Shown: one piece after another, positions 11,860 through 24,990 of the stretch | How the letters are laid out: each line of letters opens with the position of its first letter | Position numbering within the stretch: position 1 is the first letter of the stretch | NCBI GenBank assembly: GCA_964016885.1 | Contig: OZ024741.1 | Coordinates: 231,198,001-231,262,000 of the forward strand | DNA: 64,000 nt | Direction of reading: 5' to 3' | Source: Eledone cirrhosa | Lineage: Eukaryota | Notes under the pieces: model-generated | Seen by the model: only the letters and a program-made list of their open reading frames with translations | What the model was told of the DNA's origin: nothing | The model's database searches: none | Translations under genes and position numbers: made by a program

Positions 11860-12680
11860 TGCGACTCTGAGTACACAAGTAAATATCTCTTAGACTTCAT
11901 CAAGGAATTAAGATTTAAGTTTACTACCCATCACAAGCGGAGTTCAATTGACTTTGTGGACGTAACCTTAATCTTTTCGTATTACCAATACGAGAAGCCA
12001 AATTAGAACCTAATATACATTAACAACAATTCTAAACATCCAGGCTTTGTCATTAAAAACATACCGAAAATGGTTCCATCCACATTAATAGTTTGTCTAA
12101 ATGTGCACATTTTCTTTGAGCACATCCCATAATATATTGATGCCCTCCACCGAAGGGAATTTAAACAAGTTATTGAATTAATCGCACTCCACGAGGTACA
12201 CAAACGCCGAAAGAACCCGATGTGTAGAATCACATGATATAAAACCCCATGCAACGTAGCCGAAACCAACATGGTCCCTTAAGCTTTCAATGGCTCATGG
12301 TGAATATATTTGTGTGTGCAATATCAGCAAAGGGGCAGCGGAGGGCGTTCATCGGTATGATGGCTAACGTGTTGAAATAATGCTTTACGTAGCATTCCGA
12401 CTTCTTCCGACATCAGGATAAAAAGTTCCAAACAAGCCTCTACAGATTTGTATGGAGCCTATGCAAAAATGATTGCCTTTACAACCTTAGCGCAAGTATT
12501 ATCACCAGGGCCAAACCTATAAGGGAGTGGGATGCTCTTTAAACTTAAGCTCGGTGAAACCGCTTTGCTTTCTGTATGAACATTGTCCATTCACCAACAA
12601 AATATCGCAAACAGTGACGAAATGGAAACACCAGACACGGAACTCCTAACTCTGCTACAAAACAATATACGACCCGAGAG
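11860..12680 (+). mobile_element. Highly degenerate PLE relic (RT thumb to GIY-YIG); paralog at ~19930-20500
   Basis: SSIDFVDVTL..YEKPN..YINNNSKHPGFVIKNIP resembles PLE VNFLDVTL..KPN..YIN..SNHP. Confidence 0.6.
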
Positions 12681-14605
12681 GAAAATGGACCATATGGCAC
12701 AACCACACCTACAACCGGCCTGGAAGTACCTGAGATTATTTGACAACAATTAACTCACCTTGGCATTCCCACTTACCAGATTACTCCCAAGTTCACCACC
12801 CCTAGCATCCTGAACTCTCTGACCCTCATTCCCACTTATATTCACACATGAGTACTTGTGGATCCCCGCACTCTCTCATCGATTTCGTGCAATAACTTTG
12901 TCCATCCTATTTCCAGTATCATTAGCTTCATTTCGTTTTAGATTAGTTTTATCTTGATAATTTATCGATGTGTATTATTACTAATTATTGTTATTTTTAT
13001 TATTGGTATTACGGCTAATGTTAACAAAGATCCCCCTCAATTAAAGGTCAGGCAAAAACCCATTACCAAAATAGCTTCATCATTAATATCAGTTAGAGCC
13101 ATTGTACTCACGATTTTTGACCCAGCTATGGTCGGCCACGGTCCCTAGCTTCTCCAGAATGCACGATACTGACTGTTTGCTCAGGGGTAGTTCAGCCGTA
13201 ACAAACATATTACTACCTAAGATTTACGTACTGATTCTAGTTCCATCTCTCACCGTTTCAACTAGTGGATTTGGATTTGAACATTTCTATAATGGTTCCC
13301 ACTTCTTATGAGTTATGGGTGTGTGTGTGGGTGTGCGTGTGTGTGTGCCTGTCGCCCGAGTGAGCTCCTCTATCTCACCACTCCCTCTCCCCTTTTCCCC
13401 TCTGTATTCTCAATTCATAGCCAATAACTGACTTACGCTTCACTTTCTCTAGGCTAGGAATTACAATGAGAGCAGCCTATGTAATCTAATTCTAGACATC
13501 CACTCGAAATTGATTTCTTTTATTCCTTTTACCATTTTATTACCACCATTCTTACCTTCCTTATTATTTCGTTTCTTTTTCTGTCTTTTCAATATTTCCC
13601 CGCTTCGATTTCCTCCCATCGGATTACTTGAAAAGTCTCATAACTGCTGATTACGATTATAGAGGCTGTTAGCTGACACTGATTAGGCAGGCGGTCATTT
13701 TCTTCCTCATCTATATACTAGATTTGCATCCTATCTAGTTATCTAGCATAGAGTACAACTCTTAATTGTGATCAAGGCGATCTTTGTACCGCAATAACTC
13801 TCTCCCCCTCTATCTCTCTCTGTCTCTCTTTCTCTCTCTCTGTATATATATATATATATAAAAAAACATGAGAAGAAAGAATACTGCGTGGTTGCACATG
13901 GGTTACATATGATAAAAATAGTCCTTCGTCAGTGATTTTCCAACCTTCATTGGTATTTCATCGCTTTAAAAATCATATACCTCCGGTTGGTGCGAGCAAT
14001 AGCTAAATAAAGCTATTGGGACAAATAAATCGCGTAAAGCGGGCGAGACAAGTAAACAAACAAGAAGGATTGATAGCAACGCAAAGATAGGAAAAAAACA
14101 AGCAACGTGGTTATCCGGACAGCTTAAGCTGGGTGGATTTCATGAGCGAGCGATTTACAGACCATCCGAAGTGAGTGAGATGTATATATATATATTTGTA
14201 TATGTGTGTTTCTGTGCCATATATACATATATATGTATATATGCATGTATATGTATATATATGTGCATATGATATATGTGAGTGTGTATATGTATTTGTA
14301 TATGTCTGTATATGTTTTTATATGTATGTGTGTGTGTATATGTATGTACACATATATCTTCTTCTATATTGCTATATATTTTTATTTTTCATCTATTATT
14401 TTTCTTATGATTCTTTTCTTATGTATATTTCCCGTTATTTTTCCAGCCTCACTTCCAATTTTTAACTGATTTTAAATCTCATTTCACATCTTTTATCCAT
14501 AACATCTCAGTCCGACGACCGATCCAGACGTATTTTATGTTAATATCGTCTGTGATTCAGAAACTTTCGGTAATGGAGTAGTTATATTTTGTGTGGTCCA
14601 CTTTC

Positions 14606-14666
<61 letters not shown>

Positions 14667-14669
<3 letters not shown>

Positions 14670-14796
14670 AATGGAAAAAATGAAACGAAATTTCATTTCT
14701 CACTCTTAGTACGGCTGTTACTTAAATATAAGTATGTATACGTACATACATATATGTATACAGACGTACAGTAGTATGTATATATATACATACATG

Positions 14797-14851
<55 letters not shown>

Positions 14852-15110
14852 GTATGGATTTACTGAACATTTATTATAATGCTCGGTTTGTTTGTAAACA
14901 AACATCCCAAATTAAGCCGTACAGTGTTTAGCAACCATCGTTGCCCTTTTGTTCAACACTGACAAAGGAGCGATGTACCAGTTTCAAGCTTATTATCTAT
15001 CGTCAGCTATCGTCTGTATACATATATGTATGTACGTATACATACTTATATTTAAGTAACAGCCGTACTAAGAGTGAGAAATGAAATTTCGTTTCATTTT
15101 TTCCATTTAT
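14667..15110. repeat. Perfect 100-bp inverted repeat (arms 14667-14766 and 15011-15110, 244-bp spacer)
   Basis: Arms checked base by base and are exact reverse complements. Confidence 0.95.
14971..15012 (-). ncRNA. Type I hammerhead-ribozyme-like motif (stem II degenerate)
   Basis: Minus strand CGATAG-CTGACGA-tagataataagctt-GAAAC-tg-GTA-CATCG. Confidence 0.5.
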
Positions 15111-15280
15111 CGTTTTCGGTGCGCCCGGCCGATTAACTCACTCGATATGCAAATTAGGCTGCTCAGACGTTAATATACATAAGGAAAGTATATATATATA
15201 TATGTATGTACGTATAAATACTTTATATGTATATATATATATATATATATTATACACGTAAACATGTAAGTATGTTTTTG

Positions 15281-15343
<63 letters not shown>

Positions 15344-15521
15344 TTATATACGTGTGTGTGTGTGCGTGTGTGTATGTGTATATATATAAGAAGTAAATGG
15401 TAGTTTACTTGAAGCATTGCGTAGTTAGGTATAAACGTTTGAATTTAGAAGGCCAGAACAATACAGGTATGGATATAGAATATAAATAGATATGCAAAAG
15501 ATATTGCTGACAATTAGCATT

Positions 15522-15582
15522 TTACCTTAAATTTATTTGAATATCCTGATATTTCGAGATAATATCTCTTCTTCAGAGGTAA
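15522..15582 (-). ncRNA. Hammerhead-ribozyme-like motif
   Basis: Minus strand TTACCT-CTGAAGA-a-GAGAT-att-ATCTC-GAAA...TA-AGGTAA. Stems I and II are good; stem III is imperfect. Confidence 0.45.
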
Positions 15583-15769
15583 GTAAAGGGGTTAATCCAG
15601 TGTTCTAATTAGCTTGCCAAGTCATGCTGATAGGAAATGGTATAGACATTCCATTCTATTTCTAATTTCAAAGAGTGAAGGTTAGATGTGTAAGTGTGTG
15701 TATGTGTGTGAGAGAAAAGGTTAGGGGTGGGGGTGATTTTCCCTCAGTCCTTGGGTAACTACGTTACAC

Positions 15770-16304
15770 CCCACTGACAGGACCACAAAAGCATCCCCGC
15801 CGACAATGGCCACCTAACACCTGCTTCAACAGCCACCCCACCTAACGGGCATCATTTTTTAGACAGATCGCCGACGTTTCGGTCTTACAGCTAAGCTAGG
15901 CAGTAGGGGATTCAAGTGCGCCTGTGGTCTCGTTGGCAACTGGTGCGAAGACGAAGTGGCCGGAGATACCCCGGTATTTGTTTGCAATCCAATCTCCTGC
16001 ACAGCGGAAGGCGGTACCGCGGTTCGTGACCAAAACGACTATGTTGAAGGCGGAGCACGTGTCACAATGTTTGATGTCCCAGATTAGGGATCTACTGTAT
16101 TCGAATGGGAAGATGGCGAATCCTTCGGGGCGCTTTCCGTCTCCGCAGTCAAGGCCAGTTGGTTCCAGTTGTGATGGGAAGTTAGTTGCGTCCATGCTTC
16201 TCTTTCATATATTTATGAGAACGGCATGTCGGGGGAGCCAAGAAGATCCACATAGAAATATGGAGTGGGTGGACCCGAGCCTTACGGACTCCCGAAAACC
16301 ATGA
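15770..16304 (-). mobile_element. CRE-like non-LTR retrotransposon 3' fragment (restriction-like endonuclease), copy 1
   Basis: RHAVL..LEPTGLDCGDGKRPEG..LIWD..DT..KYRG..FVFAPVANETTG resembles the EPxGL..DGKRPDG..WD..ET motif set. Confidence 0.65.
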
Positions 16305-16339
16305 TGAATTAAAGAAAATTATCGTACCTTCGGTGGGGC

Positions 16340-17230
16340 CAGTATAAAACTAAATCTTAAGGAACATATGTTTAAATTTAAGGACAAAACATATGCCCAA
16401 GAGGAGGCGGCAGCCTTTGGCATTAACATTGCTGGTCACATAGCTAACCTCTTTATAGTATGGTGGGACAGAAGACTTAGGGAACAATTAGAGAACAAGT
16501 CTCTAACGCTGAATATGTACTCCCGCTACGTAGAAGACATAAATATCGTAGTAAAAAAACCCCACAGGAGAGTACTCAGGAATTAGAGAAGAACATCATG
16601 GAAAGGATCCCGCAAATAGCAAAATCCATCCACCAGAGTATTAAGGTTACTATATACTACCCACCTAAACACCCCAACCACAGATTACCAGTAGTAGACA
16701 CAGAACTCTGGTTGGAAACTATTAGTATTAGAACGCAAATCATCCATCCACGTCATGCCAAACACATGACCTGCAAATACATGATCCACTGAAACTCAGC
16801 TGTTTCAGATCACATAAAGAATCAACATACTGATTGCAGAGTTAGTAAGAGTGATGAGGATCGTGGCCCGCATGTGCAACCCCAAATAATTAAAGAGACA
16901 CATAGAACAATTCATCTCCCGCATGCAGTTCACTGGCTACAATCAGAGGGCAAATATCAGGGCATATAAAGGAGCTAGAACCAAATGGGCAACTATTGTA
17001 GAAAATGATGCAAATGGGGTTTGCCCCATCTATAGGAAGACACTTTGGAACAGAATAGAAACAATTTGGTATAAGGCAAATAAAGTAAACAAATGGTATG
17101 ATAGCAATAAATATCAAAGTGTAATGTTCGCCAATACAACCCATAGAGGCGAAGTAGCTTACAGATTTAAAAGGGTCTTAGACAAGCTCAAAATAAATAT
17201 TAAGATAGTTGAAAGAACAGCAATTCTCAA
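16340..17230 (+). mobile_element. PLE RT fragment, copy 1
   Basis: YAQEEAAAFG..AGHIANLFIVWWD..YSRYVEDINIVV; SIHQSIKVTI..RLPVVDTELWL. Confidence 0.75.
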
Positions 17231-18848
17231 AGACCCCCACCCCCACCCCCCGTGCGTGTGTTTGTGATGACAGCGAGACCCACCACGCGGTATGTCTGTA
17301 AACACAGTATAAGGTTACAGAGGTGGTGAAAATAAGTAATATAAGAACGACGAGGTTAAACTTAATATGTATTATGGTAATAGGTTGGAATGACACAGAA
17401 AGCAAGAACCTTTATAGAAATAGCAGTATTTTTTTCTTCAAACGATACCCCCATTGTATAAAGGGCGGAGGCGTATATTGCATAATATTTTCTTAAATAA
17501 ACATTATTTGATCAGTGTTGACTGACTACTAAATAACATCAATCGCCAACTACAACACCATCCTTACAAATACAAGCAACAAAACAAGAACAGATTAACA
17601 GCTATATATACCAACCAAATCATTCTGGAAATATATGCTATTATCTTTAAAAAGAAAGGGCAATAGTTAATTTGGTCCTACATCATTGCATGCACTACTC
17701 AACAATATGACTCCGAATGTTCTCAGATGGAATGTTTTCTACATTTGCCTTCCCTGTGTGGGTTGATCTTTGACTAAACATAAAAAATCACAGACCAAAA
17801 TGATGCTTGATTTCAAATGAACAATGATATATGCAGCGGAAAGAAAACTTATTTCATCCAAAATCTCACAATGCACTCCTTTGCTCTGGCCCACCCTAAA
17901 ACAGACTTGGCAACGGTATATATACCACATGACAGGATTTCTACACTCTTATTCATACACTACATATACCTGTGGACAGGTACCCACTAGGTGCATATAT
18001 ATAATATCAGAAGCAATATAAGGTAAAGGTTTATAGTATTTATTCTTATGTTCTACGACTGATGAAAGTTCATTTTCATACACATCAAAAGCTTGCGGTC
18101 TCTAATTATTGGAGTTTGGTGATGATTTGGTGCAGCATGGTTGATACGTGAATGGTGTTGTATATCGACTCATATATGAAACAGTCATGTTTAATAAACA
18201 TGGATTTTAGAATGGTATTATCACCATTGGTCTATTTGCCAGCAAGTTAGAGATGCCTAATAGACCTTTTTGGTTTTTTAACCGTCTTCATAGAGGCTAC
18301 CTCCACTCGAAAATTAACAAAAAAATAAACTAGAGGTCTATAGCGTTTATGGTTATGAGCATCGACTGATGATGTTCATTTTCATAGAGATTAAACGATA
18401 GTGGGATTTAATTAATGAAAGTTAGTGATGCTTTGTCATAGCATCATTTATTCGTGATTGGGGTTGTAAATTGAATCATATCCGAAATGTCCATGTAAAT
18501 AAAAATTGTATGTAATGTCACAAATAAATCAGGGCATATCAGAGCATCATTACCTCTCATTGATTAGAGTCAACCAGCATTTGTGCTGTATGCAAATGCG
18601 ATTCATCAGTCAATGTTTATAAGCATAAATACTATAAGTTTCAGATTATTTTCGTCAAGCATTCAAGCGTTCTTAGTCCATCTCAAGATGGTTAACAAAC
18701 AAGAAATGGCCGTTTGTATGGTCTCCCTTGTGTGCTAACAGAGCACTTCTAAAATTCATAGCAATATTTAACTACATGAGCATTTTGTGTGTGATTCAAC
18801 ATAATATCTTTTTACAGCGTGAATTATGAACATTATTATTTTTTCCAG

Positions 18849-18983
18849 AATGCATCCCGGGAACCTATGGCAACAATTGTACAACGAAATGTAATTGTCG
18901 AAATAATGACGTCTGCGACCGAATCACTGGAGTATGCCCAGATGGATGCGCAATTGGCTACAGATCAGCCAATTGTCAAGAAG
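18849..18983 (+). CDS. Exon, EGF-like module type A (135 bp, phase 1-1)
   Basis: TTTTCCAG| and |GTTGGT. (E)CIPGTYGNNCTTKCNCRNNDVCDRITGVCPDGCAIGYRSANCQE. Not in the ORF track. Confidence 0.9.
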
Positions 18984-19124
18984 GTTGGTAACATTTAGTA
19001 TCTATTTAGCATGACTGCGCATTGTAAAATCTGTTTTTTATAGTTATATATACTAAATTGAGAGAAAATAAGATGTTCTAACATTTTCGGTAGTAAAATT
19101 TCGACCAAAGTGATTATAAATATG

Positions 19125-19340
19125 ATTTCTAATATAGGCAAGAGGCCTGTAATTTGGGGGAGGAAAAAGTCGATTAAATCTAACCCAGTACATTACTGGT
19201 GCTTCATTATATCGACACCGTAAGGATGAAAGGCAAATTTAACGTCCGCGGGATTTGAACTCAGACCGTAAAAGACCGTAACTCTATGCTGCAAAGTTTG
19301 TTTTCCGACTCTCTACCGATACTGCCAATCCACCGCCCTA
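19125..19340 (-). mobile_element. tRNA-derived SINE
   Basis: CGTAAGGATGAAAGGCAAA..GGATTTGAACTCAG..CTCTACCGATACTGCCAATCCAC. Confidence 0.75.
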
Positions 19341-21165
19341 AAAGTGATTACAAATTTGAAAAGAAACGATACCAGTAAGGCAGACAAATACTGTACTATA
19401 AATATAACAATAACGATAACCACGTACAATATAAGGATTTCTTTCCATAATGATATTTTGTTGACAGCCAAATTATTGAGATAATCGAGAAGGGAAGACA
19501 TGTTGTATTGATCTTTACCAAGTGCGTTATGATGCACAGCCTATGTGTAGCTAGAATCCAGCAGATAGTGGAAGCAGTTCCCAGTTAACAAGAGAATCTT
19601 AGCAAATTTAACGATCCCAAATATTTCCATTATCGAGGGACTTCAAAATCGATCGGATGGACTTGTTTGTTTAAATCTGCTTCCATACAAATATTGTTCA
19701 TGTTAGTGGATTGTCAGTGTGGAATTTTATCACAGAAATAAACAACTAATGAGAGTAATTTGATTAAAGCACTCCAAGTAGGTGGTACTCATCGAATTGA
19801 GAACAGGAGTCACAGAAATCAGTATTCGTCGAAGTATTGCTTTTCCATATTTTAGTTTATTAAGTAAGTGTTTTATTATTATAAGAATGTGAATGAAATA
19901 AGCATTGAGACATATCAAAGCTTAAGACTAGAGACAATCATATATTGATGCCCCCTATCGAAGGGAATTTTCAACAAGTTATTGAATTAATCGCACACCA
20001 AGAGGCACACAAACGCCGAAAGAACCCGATGTGTAGAATCACATGATATAAAATACCATACAACATAGCCGCAACCAACATGAGTGTCCCTCAAGCTTTC
20101 AATGGCTCATTATGTATATATTGTTTGTGTGCAATATCACAGCAAAAAGGCAGCGGAGGGCGTTCATCGGTATGACGGCTAACGTGTTGAAATAATGCTT
20201 TACGCAATATTCCGACTTATTCCAACATCAGGATAAAAAGCACACAACAAGCCTCTACAGATTTGTATTGAGCCTATGCAAAAAATGATTGCCTTTACAA
20301 CCTTAGCGCAAGTATTATCACCGAGGCCAAACCTATAAGGGAGTGGCAAGCTCCTTTAACTTAAGCTCGGTCAAACCGCTTTGCATTCTGTATGAAAATT
20401 GTCCTTTCACCAACAAAATATCGCAAACAGCGACAAAATGGAAACACCAGACACGGAACTCCTAACTCTGCTACAAAACAATATACGACCCGAGAGGAAA
20501 GCGGACCATATGGCACAACCACACCTACAAGCGGCCTGGCAACAGCTGAGATTACTTGACAACAATTAACTGACCTTGGCAATCCCACTTACCAGAGTAC
20601 TCCCAGACTCACCACCCCTAACATTGTCAGAGTCCCCTCCATATCCTGAACCCTCTGAACCTTATTCCCACTTATATTCACGCATGAGTAGTTGTGGATC
20701 CCCGCACTCTCTCATCGATTTTGTGCAGTAACTTTGTCCATCCTATTTCGACTATCATTAGCTTGATCTCGTTTTAGATTAGTTTCATCTTGATAATTTA
20801 TCGCTGTCTATTTTTTTCTAATTATTGTTATTTTTATTATTGGTATTAAGGCTATTGTTAACAAAGATCCCCCTCAATTAAAGGTCAGGCAAAAACCCAG
20901 GACCAAAATAGCTTCCTCATTAATATCAGTTAGAGCCATTGCACTCCCGACTTTCGACCCAGCTATGATCAGCCATACTCCCAAGCTTCTCCAGAATCCA
21001 CGATACTGACTGTTTGCTCAGGGGTAGTTCAGCCGTTACAAACATATTGCTACCTAAGATTTACGTACTGATTCTAGTTCCATCTCTCACCGTTTCAACT
21101 ACCGGATTTGGATTTGACCATTTCTATAATGGTTCCCAAACTTATGAGTGTGTGTTGAGTACTGT

Positions 21166-21173
21166 GTATGTGT

Positions 21174-21267
<94 letters not shown>

Positions 21268-21275
21268 GTGTGTGT
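21166..21275. repeat. (TG)n microsatellite; further (CT)n/(TA)n at 21747-21840 and (TA)n at 22102-22167
   Basis: Direct observation. Confidence 0.95.
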
Positions 21276-21741
21276 CTGACGCCCGAGTGAGTTCCTATAT
21301 CTCACCACTCCCTCTCGCCTTTTTCCCCCCTGTACTCTCAATTCATAGCCAATAACTGACTTATACTTCACTTTCTCTAGGCTAGGATGTGAACAGCCTG
21401 TGTAATCTAATCCTGGACATCCCCTCAAAATTGCTTTCTTTTATTCCTTTTACTTTTACTTTTTTTCCATTTTCTTACCATCATTCTTCTTCCCTTCCTT
21501 GCTATTTCGTTTCTTTTTCTGTCTTTTCAATCTTTCCTCACTTCTCTTTCCTCCCATCGCATTTCTAGAAAAGTCTCATAACTGCTGATTACGATAATAG
21601 AGGCTTTTAGCTGACACTGATTAGGCTTCTGATCGATTTTCTTTTCTCATCTATATACCAATATGCATCTTATCTTGTCATCTAGCATAGAGTACAACTC
21701 TTATTTGGGACCAGGCCGGACTTTGTACCGCCATAACTCTC

Positions 21742-21843
<102 letters not shown>

Positions 21844-22099
21844 TCTCTCCCTCTCTCTCCTCCTCTTTCCCTCTCTCTCTCTCTCACTTTCTCTCCGTAT
21901 ATATATTAGAATATGAGTTTTTTTTACAAAATGAAAAAATCGGGATGTCCAACTCGAGTGAAAGTATATGGAAAAAAGATGAAATCGAAAATGCAACTGG
22001 AGTCTTTTTTTTTTTAATATATATTAATTTGGTTCCTTTACCGGTTTCGCAGTTCTTGTGCTTTTTAAAACTATGATAGAATTGAGATGGAGAGTTTGT

Positions 22100-22174
<75 letters not shown>

Positions 22175-22517
22175 CAATTCAAAGACTATATTGCCAATGT
22201 CTCAAATAACTGCAATAATTATCGGTGAATCCGCTCTATTTATTATATTTATTATATGTATATATACGTTTGCACATATTCATTGAACAGTCCACACATA
22301 CATACATCGTTTGTATATCAAAATACATGTTTCGATGCTCGTCAGCAGTATTTGTGATTCCACGATTTGTATTGCATCTCAAAAGATAATATGCACTAAT
22401 TTTTAGTTGACATCAACTTTGAGATAGATATTCGACAGGTAAGATTCAATATTACATCGCACATATTCAACAGGCAAAAACAATTCTGTAGATTAAATTA
22501 CAGCTTTTTTTATGCAG

Positions 22518-22649
22518 AATGCAGTGGTAACACGTTTGGAGATGAATGTACAAAAGAGTGCCATTGCATTGATGCAATGTGTCACCATAAGACTGGATAC
22601 TGTAGAAATGGTTGCGCAGTTGGGTATATCGGGACAGCCTGCCAAAATT
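22518..22649 (+). CDS. Exon, EGF-like module type B (132 bp, phase 1-1)
   Basis: TTTTTATGCAG| and |GTGAGT. (E)CSGNTFGDECTKECHCIDAMCHHKTGYCRNGCAVGYIGTACQN, 8 Cys. Not in the ORF track. Confidence 0.9.
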
Positions 22650-22979
22650 GTGAGTATAGTATAATGCTTAATATATTGTTGCAAATACTCGACAGATTAA
22701 AGTGTGTAGATTTCGAGTTTATAGACAATTACTAACGGGGACTTTTTAATTTTTCTTCTCCATTGTCAACAATTGTCACAAGATGTGACTTACAACATTG
22801 TGACGCAATCAATTATCTATGACTGTTTTTTGTCCGCCGGGAAAATATCTTTGTAGTAACCATTGCGGAACGTACGGAAAACGGCGGTTCCAAAGTGGAA
22901 ATTTGTGACCATTTTCCCACAAAATTCAAAAATGGCAATTTCTTTAATTGGCAACATGACGTGTCAGAATGTTTAGAAA

Positions 22980-24990
22980 CTGATGAAACAAGAATGGTAC
23001 AGCAACTTTAGTAGCTGCGAACACAACTACCAGCGGCTGCAGCCCTAAACACGACAAAAACAAGGACACTGGCAGCAACAACAACAACAACAACCAAAGC
23101 ATAGTTACAGACTTTGAAGGTTTTCCTACTTTGTTCAGCATCACCACGGCTTCCCACAACAGCATCAAGACTGTTAACAATGCCAAAGAAACAAATAAAT
23201 ATAGCGTCGCAGCAAAGAGGGCCATACACAAGTTTGAATTAGCCACCTTCAGAGAAGCTAAGCTTCTTATAAAGAGAGACAGTAACAAATTCCAAATAGC
23301 AATGCCGGGAGATGTAATTTCAAAGGTACAAACATATATAATCATTTATAATTGCGTAAATCTCCTCAGTAATATCAGCATGTCTTAAAGAAGATATGGA
23401 CAAAAAATATTTCTCTGTAGTGGAAGAAAATACGTACACAAATTTAAAAACAAAATTCCCCGAGCCAATTGCTGAATGCTGAAAGATACTATCCACAAGG
23501 ACATACGAAGAGATACTTGTAAACAACTCACATATGTCCAGGCCTCCCCGGAGGGGGGGGGGTGAACCAACCGCCGTATTTTCTCCAAAAGACTAAAGTA
23601 GGTGGCCTCTCCCATTTCTTCTTCATCGAAGATGGCTTCATTCAAAATTGGCAGTGTAAAAGCACGTGGCCTGGTCTTGGAAGCAGGGTCACGGTTTGAA
23701 TGACAGTAGGTCACTAAAAATAATTGTGTTGGCTACCAGCGAGACCAGAATTTCCAACGCACAGAATTTTGCATTTATCTTCGGCGGCTACGAATTGTAC
23801 GCATCTCCAAGACATCCGGATCTGGGGGTAGCTCTTGCGATACAACCATATTCCTAAGTTGGTGGCGCTTGACAAGACCAGCAGCGAAGGCTATGCTTTT
23901 AAGCTAGTGGTTGCCTATACCACGACAGCGGCAGAACGGCCTGGTTTCTTCAAACGCCTTGAGACATTTCTAGGAACGTCCTGGTCTTTAGTATTAGAGG
24001 GAGACTGAAACGGTATCTTGGATGCACGTTGGAACTGTGTGGGACTAGCAGATAGGGGACAAGAATATAAAAGCTTTGCTAGCCTACTCAGACGGTTCAA
24101 ACTGTCTGACATGTACCGAATTGATTTTCCGAATGTGCTAAGCGAAGGTGGAAACTAGGCGTCTTTCATCTGGAATTATAGCAGACGCTCATTAGTTTAA
24201 ACCGATCGGACAAATGCAGTCAAATGGAATTCGACGTTAACACTCTATGGAGAACTAGTATTGAGCAAGAGCGACGATATTCACAGTGTGGCGTTGCCGT
24301 GAAGTAATAGCAAGTCTGTTTCGGAGGACTTTCTGTCCTGGATATATGGATAATTTTCAGAAATCCCTGAAGTGACACTACAACACAAGATAAACTTTAC
24401 ACTCTCGAAAGACCTATCAGAAAGACCTGTCCCACAAGCGCACAGATCAATGAAACCGAAGTTATCCAGTTTTTATGAATTGATGATTTGTGGAGCTTGT
24501 AGAACAACTATTGTCCCGCGTGGGACGAATCTGGCCATCGGATGACCCCCATCGTGAAGATTATCCCGAGATATTCTCTTGGTGAGGAAACACAGGCAAC
24601 TTTCAAAGTCGGTTGTCTTTTGCAAAAGGGATTGACTGGTGGATGTGACGCAAATGACTAAAGACAAACACTTTCTTCTTAGTCCAAGCCCCCATCAACC
24701 TTTTCAAGTACTACTCAGATAGAAAGTTGAGGGTGAAGAGGAAAATTCTTCGCCCAGTGCATTTGTTAAAGGGGTGTGAATGCAGTGAAGATGGCCCGAT
24801 TGAATGCTCCTCTTGTGACCAAGCAATTCTCGTTTAGAAAGGAGATGGAGAACATTTGGATGGTGCTCTTGGAGATTAGGATGCATTAAGATCTGTGAGG
24901 TTCTTAGTTAAACCCATTTTCGCAAACCCCCTATTGCCAAATATTGTTATTTATTGTTAAATCTTCTAGTTATCTTTTTTACACGTATCC
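22980..24990 (+). mobile_element. Heavily deleted Tx1/L1-clade LINE relic
   Basis: ATG GCT TCA TTC AAA ATT GGC AGT GTA AAA GCA CGT GGC (MASFKIGSVKARG, APE start) near 23632. LVLEGD*NGILDARWNCVG. The 3' part resembles the 3' ends of the intact Tx1 copies. Confidence 0.7.

Larger units (their letters stand above)
8590..13860 (+). repeat. Segmental/tandem duplication copy 1 (intron + EGF exons + PLE relic)
   Basis: Colinear similarity to 17297-21840, e.g. GGTACCCACTAGGTGCATATATATAATATCAGAAGC and TTTGCTCAGGGGTAGTTCAGCCG in both. Confidence 0.9.
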
